Part shown: positions 1-11,353 of the stretch, in pieces
How positions within the stretch are numbered: position 1 is the first letter of the stretch
Layout: the number at the start of each line of letters is the position of its first letter
Source of the DNA: Tubulanus polymorphus
Lineage: Eukaryota > Animalia > Nemertea
DNA length: 64,000 bases
Direction of reading: 5' to 3'
Assembly: GCF_964204645.1 (NCBI RefSeq)
Contig: NC_134030.1
Location: 19,800,210-19,864,209 of the forward strand
Translations under genes and position numbers: made by a program
The notes under the pieces: generated by a model
Databases searched by the model: none
What the model saw: the letters and a program-made list of their open reading frames with translations, nothing else
Told to the model about the DNA's origin: nothing

Positions 1-74
1 TTTGGCTAATCACATGACATAAATATGGCGACGTTGAGGAAAAAAATGTATGGTTTTGAACTACCCGGTGCCGC

Positions 75-350
75 CATCTTGGAAATCAAATCGCCAAATC
101 GCTCGCCGAGCGAGTTGGTCGATTTCAAAAATCGATCGGAAAATCGTGTTCGTAAAAACGCCGATCGTGAAATCGATCGCAAAAATCGGTGCTCGTAAAT
201 GCGTTCCTACGATCGATCGCAAAAATCGGATGCTCGTAAAAACGCCTTTGTTCACCAGATCGACAACGGCGTTTTTATTTGAGCAACTCGTATCAAATCG
301 CTTCATCCATCGATCACTATTAATAATCGTGGCAAAAATCGAAACGCCTT
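75..350. repeat. Degenerate MITE-like/internally repetitive element (ATCGATCGCAAAAATCGG..TCGTAAAAACGCC motifs)
   Basis: The motif recurs several times between ~130 and 350. The overlapping ORFs on both strands are low-complexity. The left end may lie outside the window. Confidence 0.35.
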
Positions 351-351
351 A

Positions 352-748
352 AATAATTCAATTCAATTCAATATATTTTTATTGTCCTTTGAGTAATATG
401 AAATACAAGTCAGGTTTGTTTTTACAATAAAGATGAGAAAAGGGTAAAATACAAATTTATAGGAAATCATTCTAAAACGCAGTTGAAAAATATGAATAAA
501 CATTTAAAAAAAAGATAACCGTAACAGTGGTCGATTATTTACATACGTTGTTCGAAGCCCAACGCGATGAATTTTGCGAGGGCTTTGGTTAGTTTAGGGG
601 AACACCTAATAATTTTGAATTTTTCCGAATTGATCTCATTTTCATGAAGAGGCTAATACTTTTTAAATTCCATCAAAAGGTCTTTCCTGAGCTCCTGTAA
701 CTTTGCACATTCAAGTAGAAAATGTAGCTCATCTTCTATTACAGCTTA
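352..748 (-). mobile_element. 3' end of a non-LTR retrotransposon (LINE), truncated
   Basis: The minus strand reads AVIEDELHFLLECAKLQELRKDLL, the EDExHFLLxC motif typical of LINE ORF2 C-termini. It is followed by AATAAA and a (TTGAA)n tail, seen on + as aattcaattcaattcaa at ~355-372. Confidence 0.7.
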
Positions 749-1082
749 ATTGACCCCAGTATCCTTACGCCTAATTGTTATATAGTTACCTAGCCGTCGT
801 TCCGGAAACAAAGGAAACTTTACAATCATTATGATTGTTATGATCCTGGCCAGTTACCAAAATTGACGAATTAACACTTCCTCAATATCTGTTATCATAT
901 ATAATGTAAATAAATGATGTGCTCTGTCTAAAAATATGCAGCTCTGTAGAAATTGTATGAAAAAGACTGCACTTTCGCAGAAAAGTTGCTTTCACCGAGA
1001 TTGTTTATATTCCAGTTATTACCGTTAACTACAAGTAAGTTCCTTCCCGCTATAGTCATAAGACACAACATCCACTGACAGC

Positions 1083-1410
1083 ACAGCTAAGGGAATTCCC
1101 CTAGGTGTCCCTCTCCTCGTCACAGCTGTGAAGGGAATTCCCCAAGGTGTCCCTCTCGTCGTCACAGCTGTGAAGGGAATTCCCCTAGGTGTCCCTCTCG
1201 TCGTAACAGCTGTGAAGGGAATTCCCCTAGGTGTCCCTCTCGTCGTCACAGCTGTGAAGGGAATTCCGGTGTCACTCTCCTCATCACAGCTGTGAAGGGA
1301 ATTCCCCTAAGTGTCCCTCTCACTGCAGCAGCAAGGAATCTCACTAGGTGTCGCCCTCACTACATCGGTCAGGAATGCCACTATAGGTGTCGCCCTCACT
1401 ACAGCTAGGT
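1083..1410. repeat. 42-bp minisatellite (ACAGCTGTGAAGGGAATTCCCCTAGGTGTCCCTCTCGTCGTC), ~6 copies plus decayed shorter copies
   Basis: Direct tandem repeats are visible. The 14-aa periodicity of ORF 1025..1249 (TTRGTPRGIPFTAV) confirms the 42-bp period. Confidence 0.9.
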
Positions 1411-1552
1411 GAGTATATTAATTTCTGGGAATAAAAAACGATATTAAATTTAAGAATTAAATTAACCAACTGTGCAGTGTTGATCGCGCTATAGGGGAGT
1501 TTCGAGGCTATGATAAGACTGGTGATATGGTGTACTAATAAACCACGACGAA

Positions 1553-1724
1553 TGGATCAGGCCCGATCCAAATTTTACCCGTGCCTAATTAGAGAGCGCG
1601 CTGACACGCGAACCACTCACTCGATACTAAACAATGCTTTAAAACGAAGCGATGTAAATCATTTTCAGAACGAGTTGAAACGCAATCATTTGACCCGCGC
1701 TAAATTTGGCTCGGGCCTGGTCCG
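1553..1724. repeat. Imperfect inverted repeat, probable MITE remnant
   Basis: GGATCAGGCCCGATCCAAATTT (~1554-1575) pairs with AAATTTGGCTCGGGCCTGGTCC (~1702-1723), with 2 mismatches. Confidence 0.45.
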
Positions 1725-2440
1725 ACGTTGGTCCCCGACCAAACATGCACGGACCTACTTGGCACCCGTGGTCGCGGCTTAATTTAAATTATGACTGAAA
1801 TGCGCTTTCATTAATGTGTGATTACAATATCAAGATTAGATGCTTTAAGATAGAGATCGAATATCAAGTTTGAAAACAACATTTTATACAGAATTTATAA
1901 GATCAAAAGCAAAGTTTTTTTTACTAGAAATGTTAGAACAAAAAGACACGACGTTTCGGATTCTATCAGGTGGTGTATGTACGAAAATATTCTCTGTTTT
2001 TTACCATCGTCAGGTGGAGACGAATGTACGAAGATTTTCAAGACATTTGTACATTGTACTTGTATGTTGAGATATAAACTTTCAAAATGTCTTAGTAAGG
2101 TCGATATCTGTAAGGTGTGGAGATGCTTTCAGCTCAATACTTATAACTTGACGATTTAACAGTTTTAGTTTATCTGAACGGTCGATGCCGTACGCAGAAT
2201 GCTGCCATTATATTTTTCTAGGGTATTAGAAGCTCTGAAGCATTTACGAGACCAGGTATTCAAGTAAATTTCACTGCGCGAATTGATGTGTGTTTGATGT
2301 ATGGTGAGGTGTTGAAATATAAACGATGAACGGTTGTGGTGATTGTTTGATCAATATTTCCAACTCTTCATCTATTACAAATCCTTCCGATTGAAGCTGA
2401 ATACATCTAGATTTACCACCGTCAAAGCCAAACACAAACT

Positions 2441-3421
2441 ATGACGAGCGGCAACGTTTCGGTGGATTACCAACACGCATGCCTAAAACCGGAAATCCAG
2501 CAGAAGATGTTAGATCGGCTGCTGATTCAAGGATATATCGGAACTGTTATCTGCGTGTCGGGAATCGTATTCAACGCGATCAGTTTCGTCGCGTTAACGC
2601 GCATGAAGTCGTCCTGCGTGAACACGTACCACCTGCTCAGAATATTAGCGGTCGTGGATTCGATTTATCTGGTCGCGTTATTTTGCTTCACGTCCTTGAA
2701 GGAATACGTATCGTTGTGGACGTACGGCTTGGAAAAATTCCGATATTTGAATTATTTTTACGGAGTGTCGGCGGTGTTTACTGTGTACTGTGACGGACTT
2801 CAGCACACGGCGAAGATGCATCGGAACTCGGTAATCATTCTGATCAGTGTTGAGCGATTGATGCAATTGTCGTTCCCGTTGTGGGCCCGAGTACATCTTA
2901 CTCAGCGCAAATGTAATATAATAGTGATCTGTCTATTCGTCTTTAGTGCCGCAAGTCAAGGCTATCGCTGGCAACTAAATCGTGTGATCTTTGTATTCTA
3001 TAGTTGCCCGATATTTGGCAGAACGATGCGTCGAGTTAGTCTTGACGGACCGCGATATGGCACACTTTTGAACTTCAGTACTATCATTTGCCTGCCGTTT
3101 TTAATCCTATGTTTGACGAATGCAGCTTTGATAAGAAGTTTGATCATATCGACCAAGAGACGATCTGCATTCACAACTAGTCAGAATGCGAAGCACGACA
3201 TCCAAACAACGATGCTTGCACTGATGTCAGTAGGTTCATATCTGATTTTGGAAGCTCCTATCGGTATAAATCGTGTTTTAGATTATTTAAGACAACCGAC
3301 TTATTTCAATTTGAGCGGCCATTTGTTTTCTCAAATTGACTCGTGCGCTAATTTCTTTCTATATTGCATTGCGAGTTCAAAGTTTAGAAAGGCTTTAAAC
3401 GATGTATTCAGGCGTAAATGA
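2441..3421 (+). CDS. Intronless rhodopsin-family (class A) GPCR, FMRFamide/peptide-receptor-like, 326 aa
   Basis: Seven hydrophobic segments, with TM1 GIVFN, TM2 LAVVD, TM3 ISVERL..LSFP, TM6 LEAP, TM7 NFFLY and helix-8 SSKFRKAL. N-terminal N-glycosylation sequon NVS. Confidence 0.9.
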   Translation: MTSGNVSVDYQHACLKPEIQQKMLDRLLIQGYIGTVICVSGIVFNAISFVALTRMKSSCVNTYHLLRILAVVDSIYLVALFCFTSLKEYVSLWTYGLEKFRYLNYFYGVSAVFTVYCDGLQHTAKMHRNSVIILISVERLMQLSFPLWARVHLTQRKCNIIVICLFVFSAASQGYRWQLNRVIFVFYSCPIFGRTMRRVSLDGPRYGTLLNFSTIICLPFLILCLTNAALIRSLIISTKRRSAFTTSQNAKHDIQTTMLALMSVGSYLILEAPIGINRVLDYLRQPTYFNLSGHLFSQIDSCANFFLYCIASSKFRKALNDVFRRK

Positions 3422-4316
3422 GTTAGTTACAAAAGGAATCCAACTGCAAATAGCTTTCTCCTAAAATACAAACACATTGGCAGTTCACCAACATTGTATT
3501 CGACAAGTTTTACATCGTTCACACTTCACCTGTATTCAATAGATCAAGAAATCGAACAAATTAATTCCTTTTACGGTATTTCCACTTTGCCTTTGTATGT
3601 TAGAATGCCAAATCAAATTGTTTTTCCATTATATTCGAAGAGCACTTAACTTTGAGGGATGCGAGTCCAACAACCGAACCATCCACCCCCATCCACCCCC
3701 ATCCAACCGAGTGTAATTTGCATGAACAATGGCTTATAAAGGAAAACAAAAAGTTTATGCGAATTCATAGTTTATTACTGAAAGCAAAATCCTGAATAAA
3801 CTGATTCACAATATATACAGCAACTTATTATTAATAAAATAACATATTCGAAACGTCGCACGGAGAGCATGTGTGACAGACAGTGTAAGCGGTTGCGGTA
3901 CCAGGGTTCAGGAAAGTACGGGAGGGCTAAATTATCTGCTAAATGTGAAAGAAAACTAAGAATAGAAATATTCGAGAGATGATTATGTACATGTATGTTA
4001 TGTTCAGTTATTTGAACATTTAAGTGTTTCGTCGAGGTCCATATACATATGTGAAGTTCGAAAATGGATTTCAGCTAATATATATTTTCTATCTGAGGAT
4101 TTAGGGTGGACAGTTTTATTTTCCCTGAATGGTCGTAACCGCACGCAGCATTAGATTGGTGGCACAGAGTCCTCATTGCAACTGTTTGGAAATAGACTAC
4201 GTTTATTTGTTATGTAAAATAATTTTTGTTACCAGCTCTAAATTGCGTGAATTCATGGCTGTAAATAACCCCCCCCCCCATACACTCATTTATTATTGTG
4301 TCGGGATCGATAGTTA

Positions 4317-5270
4317 TTAGACTGAATTCCTACAGCGGATTTTCATACAGAAATATTCACGAATTTCTCGTCCCAGTAAAAGATATATGTAGAAATTAAT
4401 GGCATAATTACACATTTGAAATTGTGCAAATATGTCATATAGAAAATTGGTGAATTCTTGTGAGAATGGCAATACTGTGGTAATAGTGGTTGGAAGTGTG
4501 AAAACTGCAAATGCGAGTGAAACTGTTACAAGCATTATTGTCGTACGTTTTGATTTTGTAGTTTTCTGATCGGACGAAACCATTTTCGAACCTCTGAATA
4601 ACTGAATTATAATTACTAAATTTGATGTAATGATTAGAGTTAACGGAAGAAAAACCTGACATGCGTGGATACCAATCATGGCAAAAAATGATAGTTGGTC
4701 AAACAGCTTGTAGTAACATCCGAAAAACCAATCTGCAAAATATATCGACAATGTTGGCACGTGATATACAAGCAGTGCATTTACTGCAGTAATTATGAAT
4801 ATAGTAAATCTAGCGAATCTCGGTGTACATACAAAACGAGATGTGAACGGGAAGAGCACAACTGCAACACGTTCTAGAGATATCGCTACGATTAACCATG
4901 AACTATTACACGCAGCAAACACCATTATAAATTCATAAATTCGACAACTTGTCGATGAATTCATCACGAATATAGGACCGTTCTTTACGTGCAATAGAAC
5001 AAACTGTAAAATGGGCATCAGTGTAAAATTGATGCAGAATACAAAATCGCTGAGCGATAAAACAATAAGATAGTTAGCGTAAGATAAACTGCGGAATCTG
5101 CGACTTATCATAATAATGAGAGTGACTGAATTACCGAAGGCTCCTAACAGGAACACGATTGGCAAAAAGACCAGTGACACAGTTAGGTAGGTACCAGACC
5201 TGTTTGCCATAGCCATGAGAATGATGTAACTGTTATAAGTCCGAATCTGCATCTGGGACGAATTCATCAT
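4317..5270 (-). CDS. Intronless class A GPCR, peptide-receptor-like, up to 317 aa (the start may be a downstream Met)
   Basis: TM1 GAFGN, TM2 LSLSD, TM3 C..ISLERV..VLFP, TM5 FLP..SN, TM6 FTLP, TM7 NYAINFYIY. Convergent with the 2441 gene. Confidence 0.9.
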   Translation of the reverse strand: MMNSSQMQIRTYNSYIILMAMANRSGTYLTVSLVFLPIVFLLGAFGNSVTLIIMISRRFRSLSYANYLIVLSLSDFVFCINFTLMPILQFVLLHVKNGPIFVMNSSTSCRIYEFIMVFAACNSSWLIVAISLERVAVVLFPFTSRFVCTPRFARFTIFIITAVNALLVYHVPTLSIYFADWFFGCYYKLFDQLSFFAMIGIHACQVFLPLTLIITSNLVIIIQLFRGSKMVSSDQKTTKSKRTTIMLVTVSLAFAVFTLPTTITTVLPFSQEFTNFLYDIFAQFQMCNYAINFYIYLLLGREIREYFCMKIRCRNSV

Positions 5271-6799
5271 TTACAAGGATCAAGATGAATGATGGTGTCA
5301 CTGACTGTGTGATGAGAATGTCCTGGAACCGACTGTGTCTCTTCGCGTATCGGAAAATGTATTCAACTGAATTATATTATTAAGTTTTATTGCAGTAACC
5401 AGCCAATGAAATTGTAGCTACATAAATCAAACCCAATTTACTTGGATTAAGCGAAGGTTTATTACTGTGCAAACTATGAATGCAACTAAATGTTCAATGT
5501 AAATTTTCCGTGTAGATTACGATTGATCGTATGTGGTAACATGTATTGTAAGTGTACAACTGAACAGGTTGGAAAATATCCATCAGATCTACAGGGAAAC
5601 CGTAGGTAGTAAACAGGCTTGTAGCCAACGACTTCTTAGGGTCGGTATTATCAGGACCAGTAACAAATAGAAATAAAAACGCACTTCCTGCATGCGGATA
5701 TCTATAATTAGATGGTTGTAGAATTACAGCAATATCATTTAAGCCTTTACGTTTTGCTTCGCCAATTAGGTTTCTCAAGTCAAATTATGTGTTTAGATTG
5801 GTTTCAAAATTTGGATGTTTAAGTTTTGCTTTATGAACTGGACTCCATATTGGTTTTTAATTATCAAGTTTACTTCGTTACTGGGCTCCGCGATTTTCTA
5901 TGTGCTTCACCAACCGATTTCCATCGGCTTTGATGATTCTATTTTGCTCCGCCAACTGAGCTCTGTTCGTAGCGTTGTAGCTTTTAAGATGTCCTTCATC
6001 TCCTGTTCTAATTTCAACAAATACACAAATTGGGCTCCAGGCCAGGCTTATATTGAGGGCCAATGGATGATTGGATGCACCGTTAAGAAGATTGTGTCGA
6101 AATCGATCATGCAAATGGTCAGTGGGATGATTACCCACGTCCTAAAAGTTGCTCAGATATTCCTTCAGTGTGTGGAAGTCAATGAGTTTAAAATAAACAC
6201 AAATTCACACTGTTTATTGAGTTTTTGGTGTTTGAAGAACAATTATTTCATTTTTACGTGAATTCGTGTCTTCAGAATTCATTTTTTTGAATTTTAACTA
6301 AAGCTCTAAAACAATTTGTACCGCTGTTAAATTGGAATTTGTTCATCTTATAGATAACAACTGTGGACTCGCAGCGGTTGACGGTTAGTAGTCTAATAAT
6401 GTAATTTATCTGCCGCCTGGTCCTATGGTTTGGCATATATTTTCGGACGGGCGTGCGCAAGACCAGACCTTGTATATCCCTTCTTTGGTATAATAGTTTT
6501 TATTGGTGCAGCAGCGGTCCCCGGCAATACGTGATTCGTTGGATTTGATGCACTGGCTTCCCTCAATCCACACACAATCAACACTAGAAGCGTTAGAGGC
6601 GATCCTGAAACGAGATTCGCTAGATATGTTATATTCAATTGATAATTACTGCAGCGAATGCGCCGATTCTCTCTCACACCTGCCACATTGGGTAGCGACC
6701 GTGAAACGAAAACATACACAAGGATGATCAGGTTGTTTATCGGGAAACTTGCGAGAATGTTTATTATTTAAAGAAAAGAAACAAAAAATTGATTTCTGC

Positions 6800-7560
6800 A
6801 TGCGGTATGCGCAACTTCATTAGGCTTTTCTGCTATATCGTAGTGCTCGGCTGTCCCATTCGGGTATGTAAAGCATTAAGAAATGGAATGAATACCGTAT
6901 CTGGTTACCTCTTCTTCTTGTCACTGATGCTACATTTGCCATTACTTCTATTAACAAATTCAATAAGGCTGGTTGATTGGCAGGCATAATTTACAGCGCT
7001 TTGATAAATGCACCTGCTGTTGGAATTAAAAAATATTTTGTTTTCGTCTCGTTAGATCGGCTCGTGCACCTGTCATAACGTGGCGATAGAGAAATTAATC
7101 ATCGATCTTTTGTTAGATGTCTATTTAAACGGTACTACGAAAATATATTGTCTGAGATCAACTCGAAAATTCAATCAGTATCAAACGACAGAAGAGTAAA
7201 CCATCAATATTTCAACATGAAGATCGCTTGTGGTAAGATTCTGTATAATATTCTTATCGCAATTTTTTCTTTTAAACTCTTTTACTACGATAAACGTCAA
7301 AAGCTAATGAGTTTCAAAATATTTTACTAGACATTTGACACCAACTTGGGGTAGAAGTTTTCAGTTTCAACTTATACTGTATTACATGAACCCTAACTCA
7401 TGTATATTCGACTTGGTGATTTTAACATGTAGTCGTTGAATTTAAGATTTAGATAGAACACTATTACTATTATAGGTATCATGATGATGAACCTTATTCT
7501 TGTGGCGTTCATTGACGTTTCAAGGTAAGTAACAAAAGATTAGATGGATATACAACCAAA
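6800..7560 (+). pseudogene. Highly decayed class A GPCR relic, same broad family as the 2441 gene
   Basis: Across one frameshift and several stops it reads GYLFFLS/TDATFAI (TM2-like) and KYFVFVSLDRLVHLS (TM3, cf. ISVERLMQLS). Further on, IIGIMMMNLILVAFIDVSR..MDIQ resembles TM5-ICL3 (cf. TNAALIRS..HDIQ). Confidence 0.4.
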
Positions 7561-9180
7561 GAAAGGGTACACGTAAAAAAAATAGGCTAGTTATCCCATG
7601 GGCCGTTAGCCAGTTAAAAACCAATTCGCAATTTAGGAGCTGCAATAAGTATCAATAGTACTACTATCTATAGTATCAATGGCTCCATCAAGAAAATGAG
7701 AAATATACACTTATCAAGGACCACTAATCCGCTAATGGCGTTCGTTCTTGTTTTTATATGTACACAGCTATAGTGGGACTATAATCTCAACCACTGTAAC
7801 ACTATCTACATTCGTACATACATATATTATTGTATAACCATTACCTCAACACACCCATCAGTAAACACAATATTCGCATCCATATCGGTTACATATTCGA
7901 TGATTAATTTCTCTATCGCCACGTTATGACAGGTGCACGAGCCGATCTAACGAGACGAAAACAAAATATTTTTTAATTCCAACAGCAGGTGCATTTATCA
8001 AAGCGCTGTAAATTATGCCTGCCGATCAACAAGCCTCATTGAATTTGTTAATAGAAGTAATGGCAAATGTAGCATCAGTGATATATTCGCCTCTAACGCT
8101 TCTAGGGCTGGTTGTGTGTGGATTGAGGGAAGCCAGTGCATCAAATCCAGAGAACCATGTAGTGCCGGGGACCGCTGCTGCACCAATCAAAACTATCATA
8201 CCGATGAAGGGATACACATGGTCTGGTCTTGCGCATGCCCGTCCGACAACATTTGCCAAACCATAGGACCAGGCGGCAGATAAATTACATTATTAGACTA
8301 CTGACTGTCAACCGCTGCGAGTCCACAGTTCTTATCTATAAGATGAACAAATTCCAATTTAACAGCGGTACAAATTGTTTTAGAGCTTAAGTTAAAATTA
8401 TAAAAACAATGAATTCTGAAGACATGAATTCACGTAAAAATAAAATAATTGTTCTTCAAACACCAAAAACTCAATAAACATTGTGGTTACTTTAAACTCA
8501 TTGACTTCCACACACTGAAAGAATATCTGAGCAACTTTTAGAGTGTGGTTAATCATCCCACTGACCATTTGCATGATCGATTTCGACACAATCTTCTTAC
8601 ACCAATACCGGTGCATCCAATCATCCATTGGCCCAATATTAGGCTGGCCTGGAGCCCAGTTTGTGTATTTGTAGAAATTAGAACATGAGATGAAGGACAT
8701 CTTAAAATCTACAACGCTACGCACAGAGCTCAGTTGGCGGAGCAAAATAGAATCATCAAAGCCGATGGAAATCGGTTGGTGAAGCACATAGAAAATCGCG
8801 GAGCCCAGTAACGAAGTAAACTTGATAATTAAAAACCAATATGGAGTCCAGTTCATAAAGCAAAACTTAAACATCCAAATTTTGAAACCAATCTAAACAC
8901 ATAATTTGACTTGAGAGACCTAATTTGCGAAGCAAAACGTAAAGGCTCAAATAACATTGCTGTAATTCTACAACCATCTAATTATAGATATCTGCATGCA
9001 GGATGTGCGTTTTTATTTCTATTTGTTACTGGTCCTGATAATACCGACCCTAAGAAGTCGTTGGCTACAAGCCTGTTTACTACCTACGGTTTCCCTGTAG
9101 ATCTGATGGATATTTTTGGATACGGAAAATTAACATTAAACATTTAGTTGCATTGATAGTTTGCGCAGTAATAAACCTAA

Positions 9181-9345
9181 AAGTCGCAGATTCCGTTGTT
9201 TATCTTACCCTAACTATCTTATTGTTTTATCCCTCAGCGATTTTGTATTCTGCATCAATTTTACACTGATGCCCATTTTACAGTTTGTTCTATTGCACGT
9301 AAAGAACCGTCCCATATTCGTGATGAATTCACCGACAAGTTCGAA
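9181..9345 (+). pseudogene. Fragment (TM2 region) of the 4317-5270 GPCR, carried in the inverted arm
   Basis: SRRFRCLSYPNYLIVLSLSDFVFCINFTLMPILQFVLLHVKNRPIFVMNS is near-identical to the parent gene. No start and no downstream TMs. Confidence 0.85.
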
Positions 9346-9440
9346 ATAATGCGACAATAATGTATGCCGTGACATCAAACAATTCAACGTCGAATACATG
9401 CCGACCGATTTACTCACCTGTTGCGCTGAAGGTTTTAGTA

Positions 9441-9670
9441 ACTGAAATTTCTGTCCGATGAACATTATCGGGAATGGGTGAACAAATACATTTCTAACAG
9501 TCACCTATCGCGTCTGAGGTTCTGGTAACTGAAATTTCTGTCCGATGAACATTATCGGGAATGGGTGAACAAATACATTTCTAACAGTCACCTATCGCGT
9601 CTGAGGTTCTGGTTACTGAAATTTCTGACCGCTGAAACACTCGTCATGAATCGATGAGCAAATACATGCC
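9441..9670. repeat. 87-bp tandem repeat, 2 near-perfect copies plus 1 diverged copy
   Basis: ACTGAAATTTCTG starts at 9441, 9528 and 9615, giving a period of 87. Confidence 0.85.
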
Positions 9671-10561
9671 CTACCAGTTCGACAGTTTGTGGGGCTCCTC
9701 AAGTGTTAGGGAGTTCCATGGTCAACACAACTGATGAAAACTATGATGAATTATTGATGCCATCCACAAGACACATTTCATTCTCGCTACGCGGATGGGA
9801 TTCAATCATTTCCAAAAATTTTCATAACTTATATAGAAAAGAATAGCAATCAATTTAACCTATTAAATTAGTTCATTTTCAGAATGGCAATGGACTATTA
9901 GATTAGTTCATAGCCTGAAAGAAAGGAGGCGATGTGGTGAAACGTCTGTATTTGATAACACTTGTAGTTTTCATTACATAAGTTTGTCTCTGGATGTTTC
10001 TCACCAACAAGTTGTCTGTAAACCTCAGAATTATTGCATATTTTCCCAACTTTCGACATTTCTATAACTCTTGGACCAATGGATGGAAACGACTGTGATG
10101 AAACTAGGTACATATGTACTTTTATCGAATACCATTCAATGCCTTATGAGATTAGTTCATATCCCTTTCTCTGGGGTAAAATGCCCGTATTTTAGATACT
10201 TGCCATACTCATAATTACGAGTGGATCCAGCTGCATCTTTTCTACAAGCCTTACATTATTTAGAAAATTCTTTATATTTTATTCGGCACACTCTGCAGCT
10301 ATATTTTTTCAATCAAGATTGTCTTGGGGGATGCACTTTACATGTGTGAAGTGTGGATTATCAGGGCGCTAATGAACTATTCAATGTCTGGTGTTTGTAG
10401 TTGGTTTTCGATTAAAAATGGGATCTCGATATATTGAACACATGTGAAGTGCGGACGATAAAACTTAAGGAATACAATGCGGAAAAATCCAAGGTACCAG
10501 GTCAGAAAAGAAAGTTTTCCGCATTTTGATCCCTGTTGTAGTCTACACGTAAGAATACATG

Positions 10562-11238
10562 GTTTAAAGCCTTTCTAAACTTTGAACTCGCAATGCAATA
10601 CAGACACTCCGAAAAAGTAATTAGGGTTTTCTGACTTTCGTCGAAAACCCTCTTGAAATTTTGTTGATTATTATTATTATATATTTTCCGCCGATTTCGT
10701 CAAATAAAATTCATCTTCATTCAGATTCGGCAACTGACAGCTTCGAAACGAAATGTATAAATTGATACTGTAATAACGGTTTCTCTGAACCAAGAGATTG
10801 TCTGAATGTACTTTCCATCCTATTTGAAACTTAAAATTACTTATTAGGTTACTGTAAATAAAGAATTGAATTGAATTGTTAGAAACAAGCACCGGCGAAA
10901 TAACAGTTTGTGACGTCATTTAGTAAGTAAATAAAGGAGGGCTCCGAGAATTTCCAAATCACGGGGACTATACTGAGGTTAGACCATTCAACCAAAAAGA
11001 GGATTGCTCCGATAATATCCAAATCATCTCATTTTATTTTTTCCATCGAATACCCGGTAATTAATTTTTCCTTTCGATCACATGCATCCAGAAAACCCGT
11101 TATCGCTGCTTTGCAGCTATATTTCAAATATTGGAATTTTACCAAACCGTATCCGTCCACAACGATACGTACTCCTTCAAGGCAAAATAGCACAACCGGG
11201 TATTTAAGGATCGCAAATATTCTGAGCAGGTGGTACGT
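10562..11238 (-). pseudogene. Deleted, interrupted inverted copy of the 2441 GPCR
   Basis: 10562-10600 is the reverse complement of ~3362-3400. 10603-10622 matches ~2750-2769 and ~11123-11238 matches ~2624-2755. The pieces are separated by inserted repeats. Confidence 0.75.
10621..10700. mobile_element. Hairpin plus (TTA)n end of a putative Helitron/Helentron-associated (HINE-like) interspersed element
   Basis: AGGGTTTTC (10623-10631) and GAAAACCCT (10643-10651) form a stem-loop followed by TTATTATTATTA. The element interrupts the GPCR pseudogene. Family assignment is from general structure only. Confidence 0.4.
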
Positions 11239-11282
11239 ACCATTTGTAAATTTGAGAAAAAGAAATTACCGTGAAAATCATC

Positions 11283-11353
11283 GTTCGAACCGTTAAGTCC
11301 CGGATTGACAAGACTAGTGACCGGCGGTTTAAACCACTCGGCCAGTGCGCCTC
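11283..11353 (-). mobile_element. tRNA-derived SINE head fragment (copies near 34461-34533, 46768-46840, 59474-59547)
   Basis: The minus strand reads AGGCGCACTGGCCGAGTGGTTTAA (A box) ... GGTTCGAAC (B box), with no complete cloverleaf. Confidence 0.55.

Larger units (their letters stand above)
4940..9345. repeat. Inverted duplication: arm 4940-7105 versus arm 7897-9345, spacer ~790 bp
   Basis: Near-identical ORFs appear on opposite strands (5815+ vs 8874-, 5778- vs 8911+, 6719- vs 8015+). The right arm lacks the equivalents of ~5107-5454, ~5512-5571 and ~6603-6920. Confidence 0.9.

Noticed and set aside
1083-1410. CRISPR-like array of palindromic repeats
   Set aside because: The units are contiguous with no unique spacers, there are no cas genes, and the context is eukaryotic. 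It is a minisatellite.
1943-1975. Minus-strand CTGATAGAATCCGAAACGTC, a Penelope/hammerhead-like remnant
   Set aside because: Stem II is missing and the core is altered, so it is at most a dead remnant.
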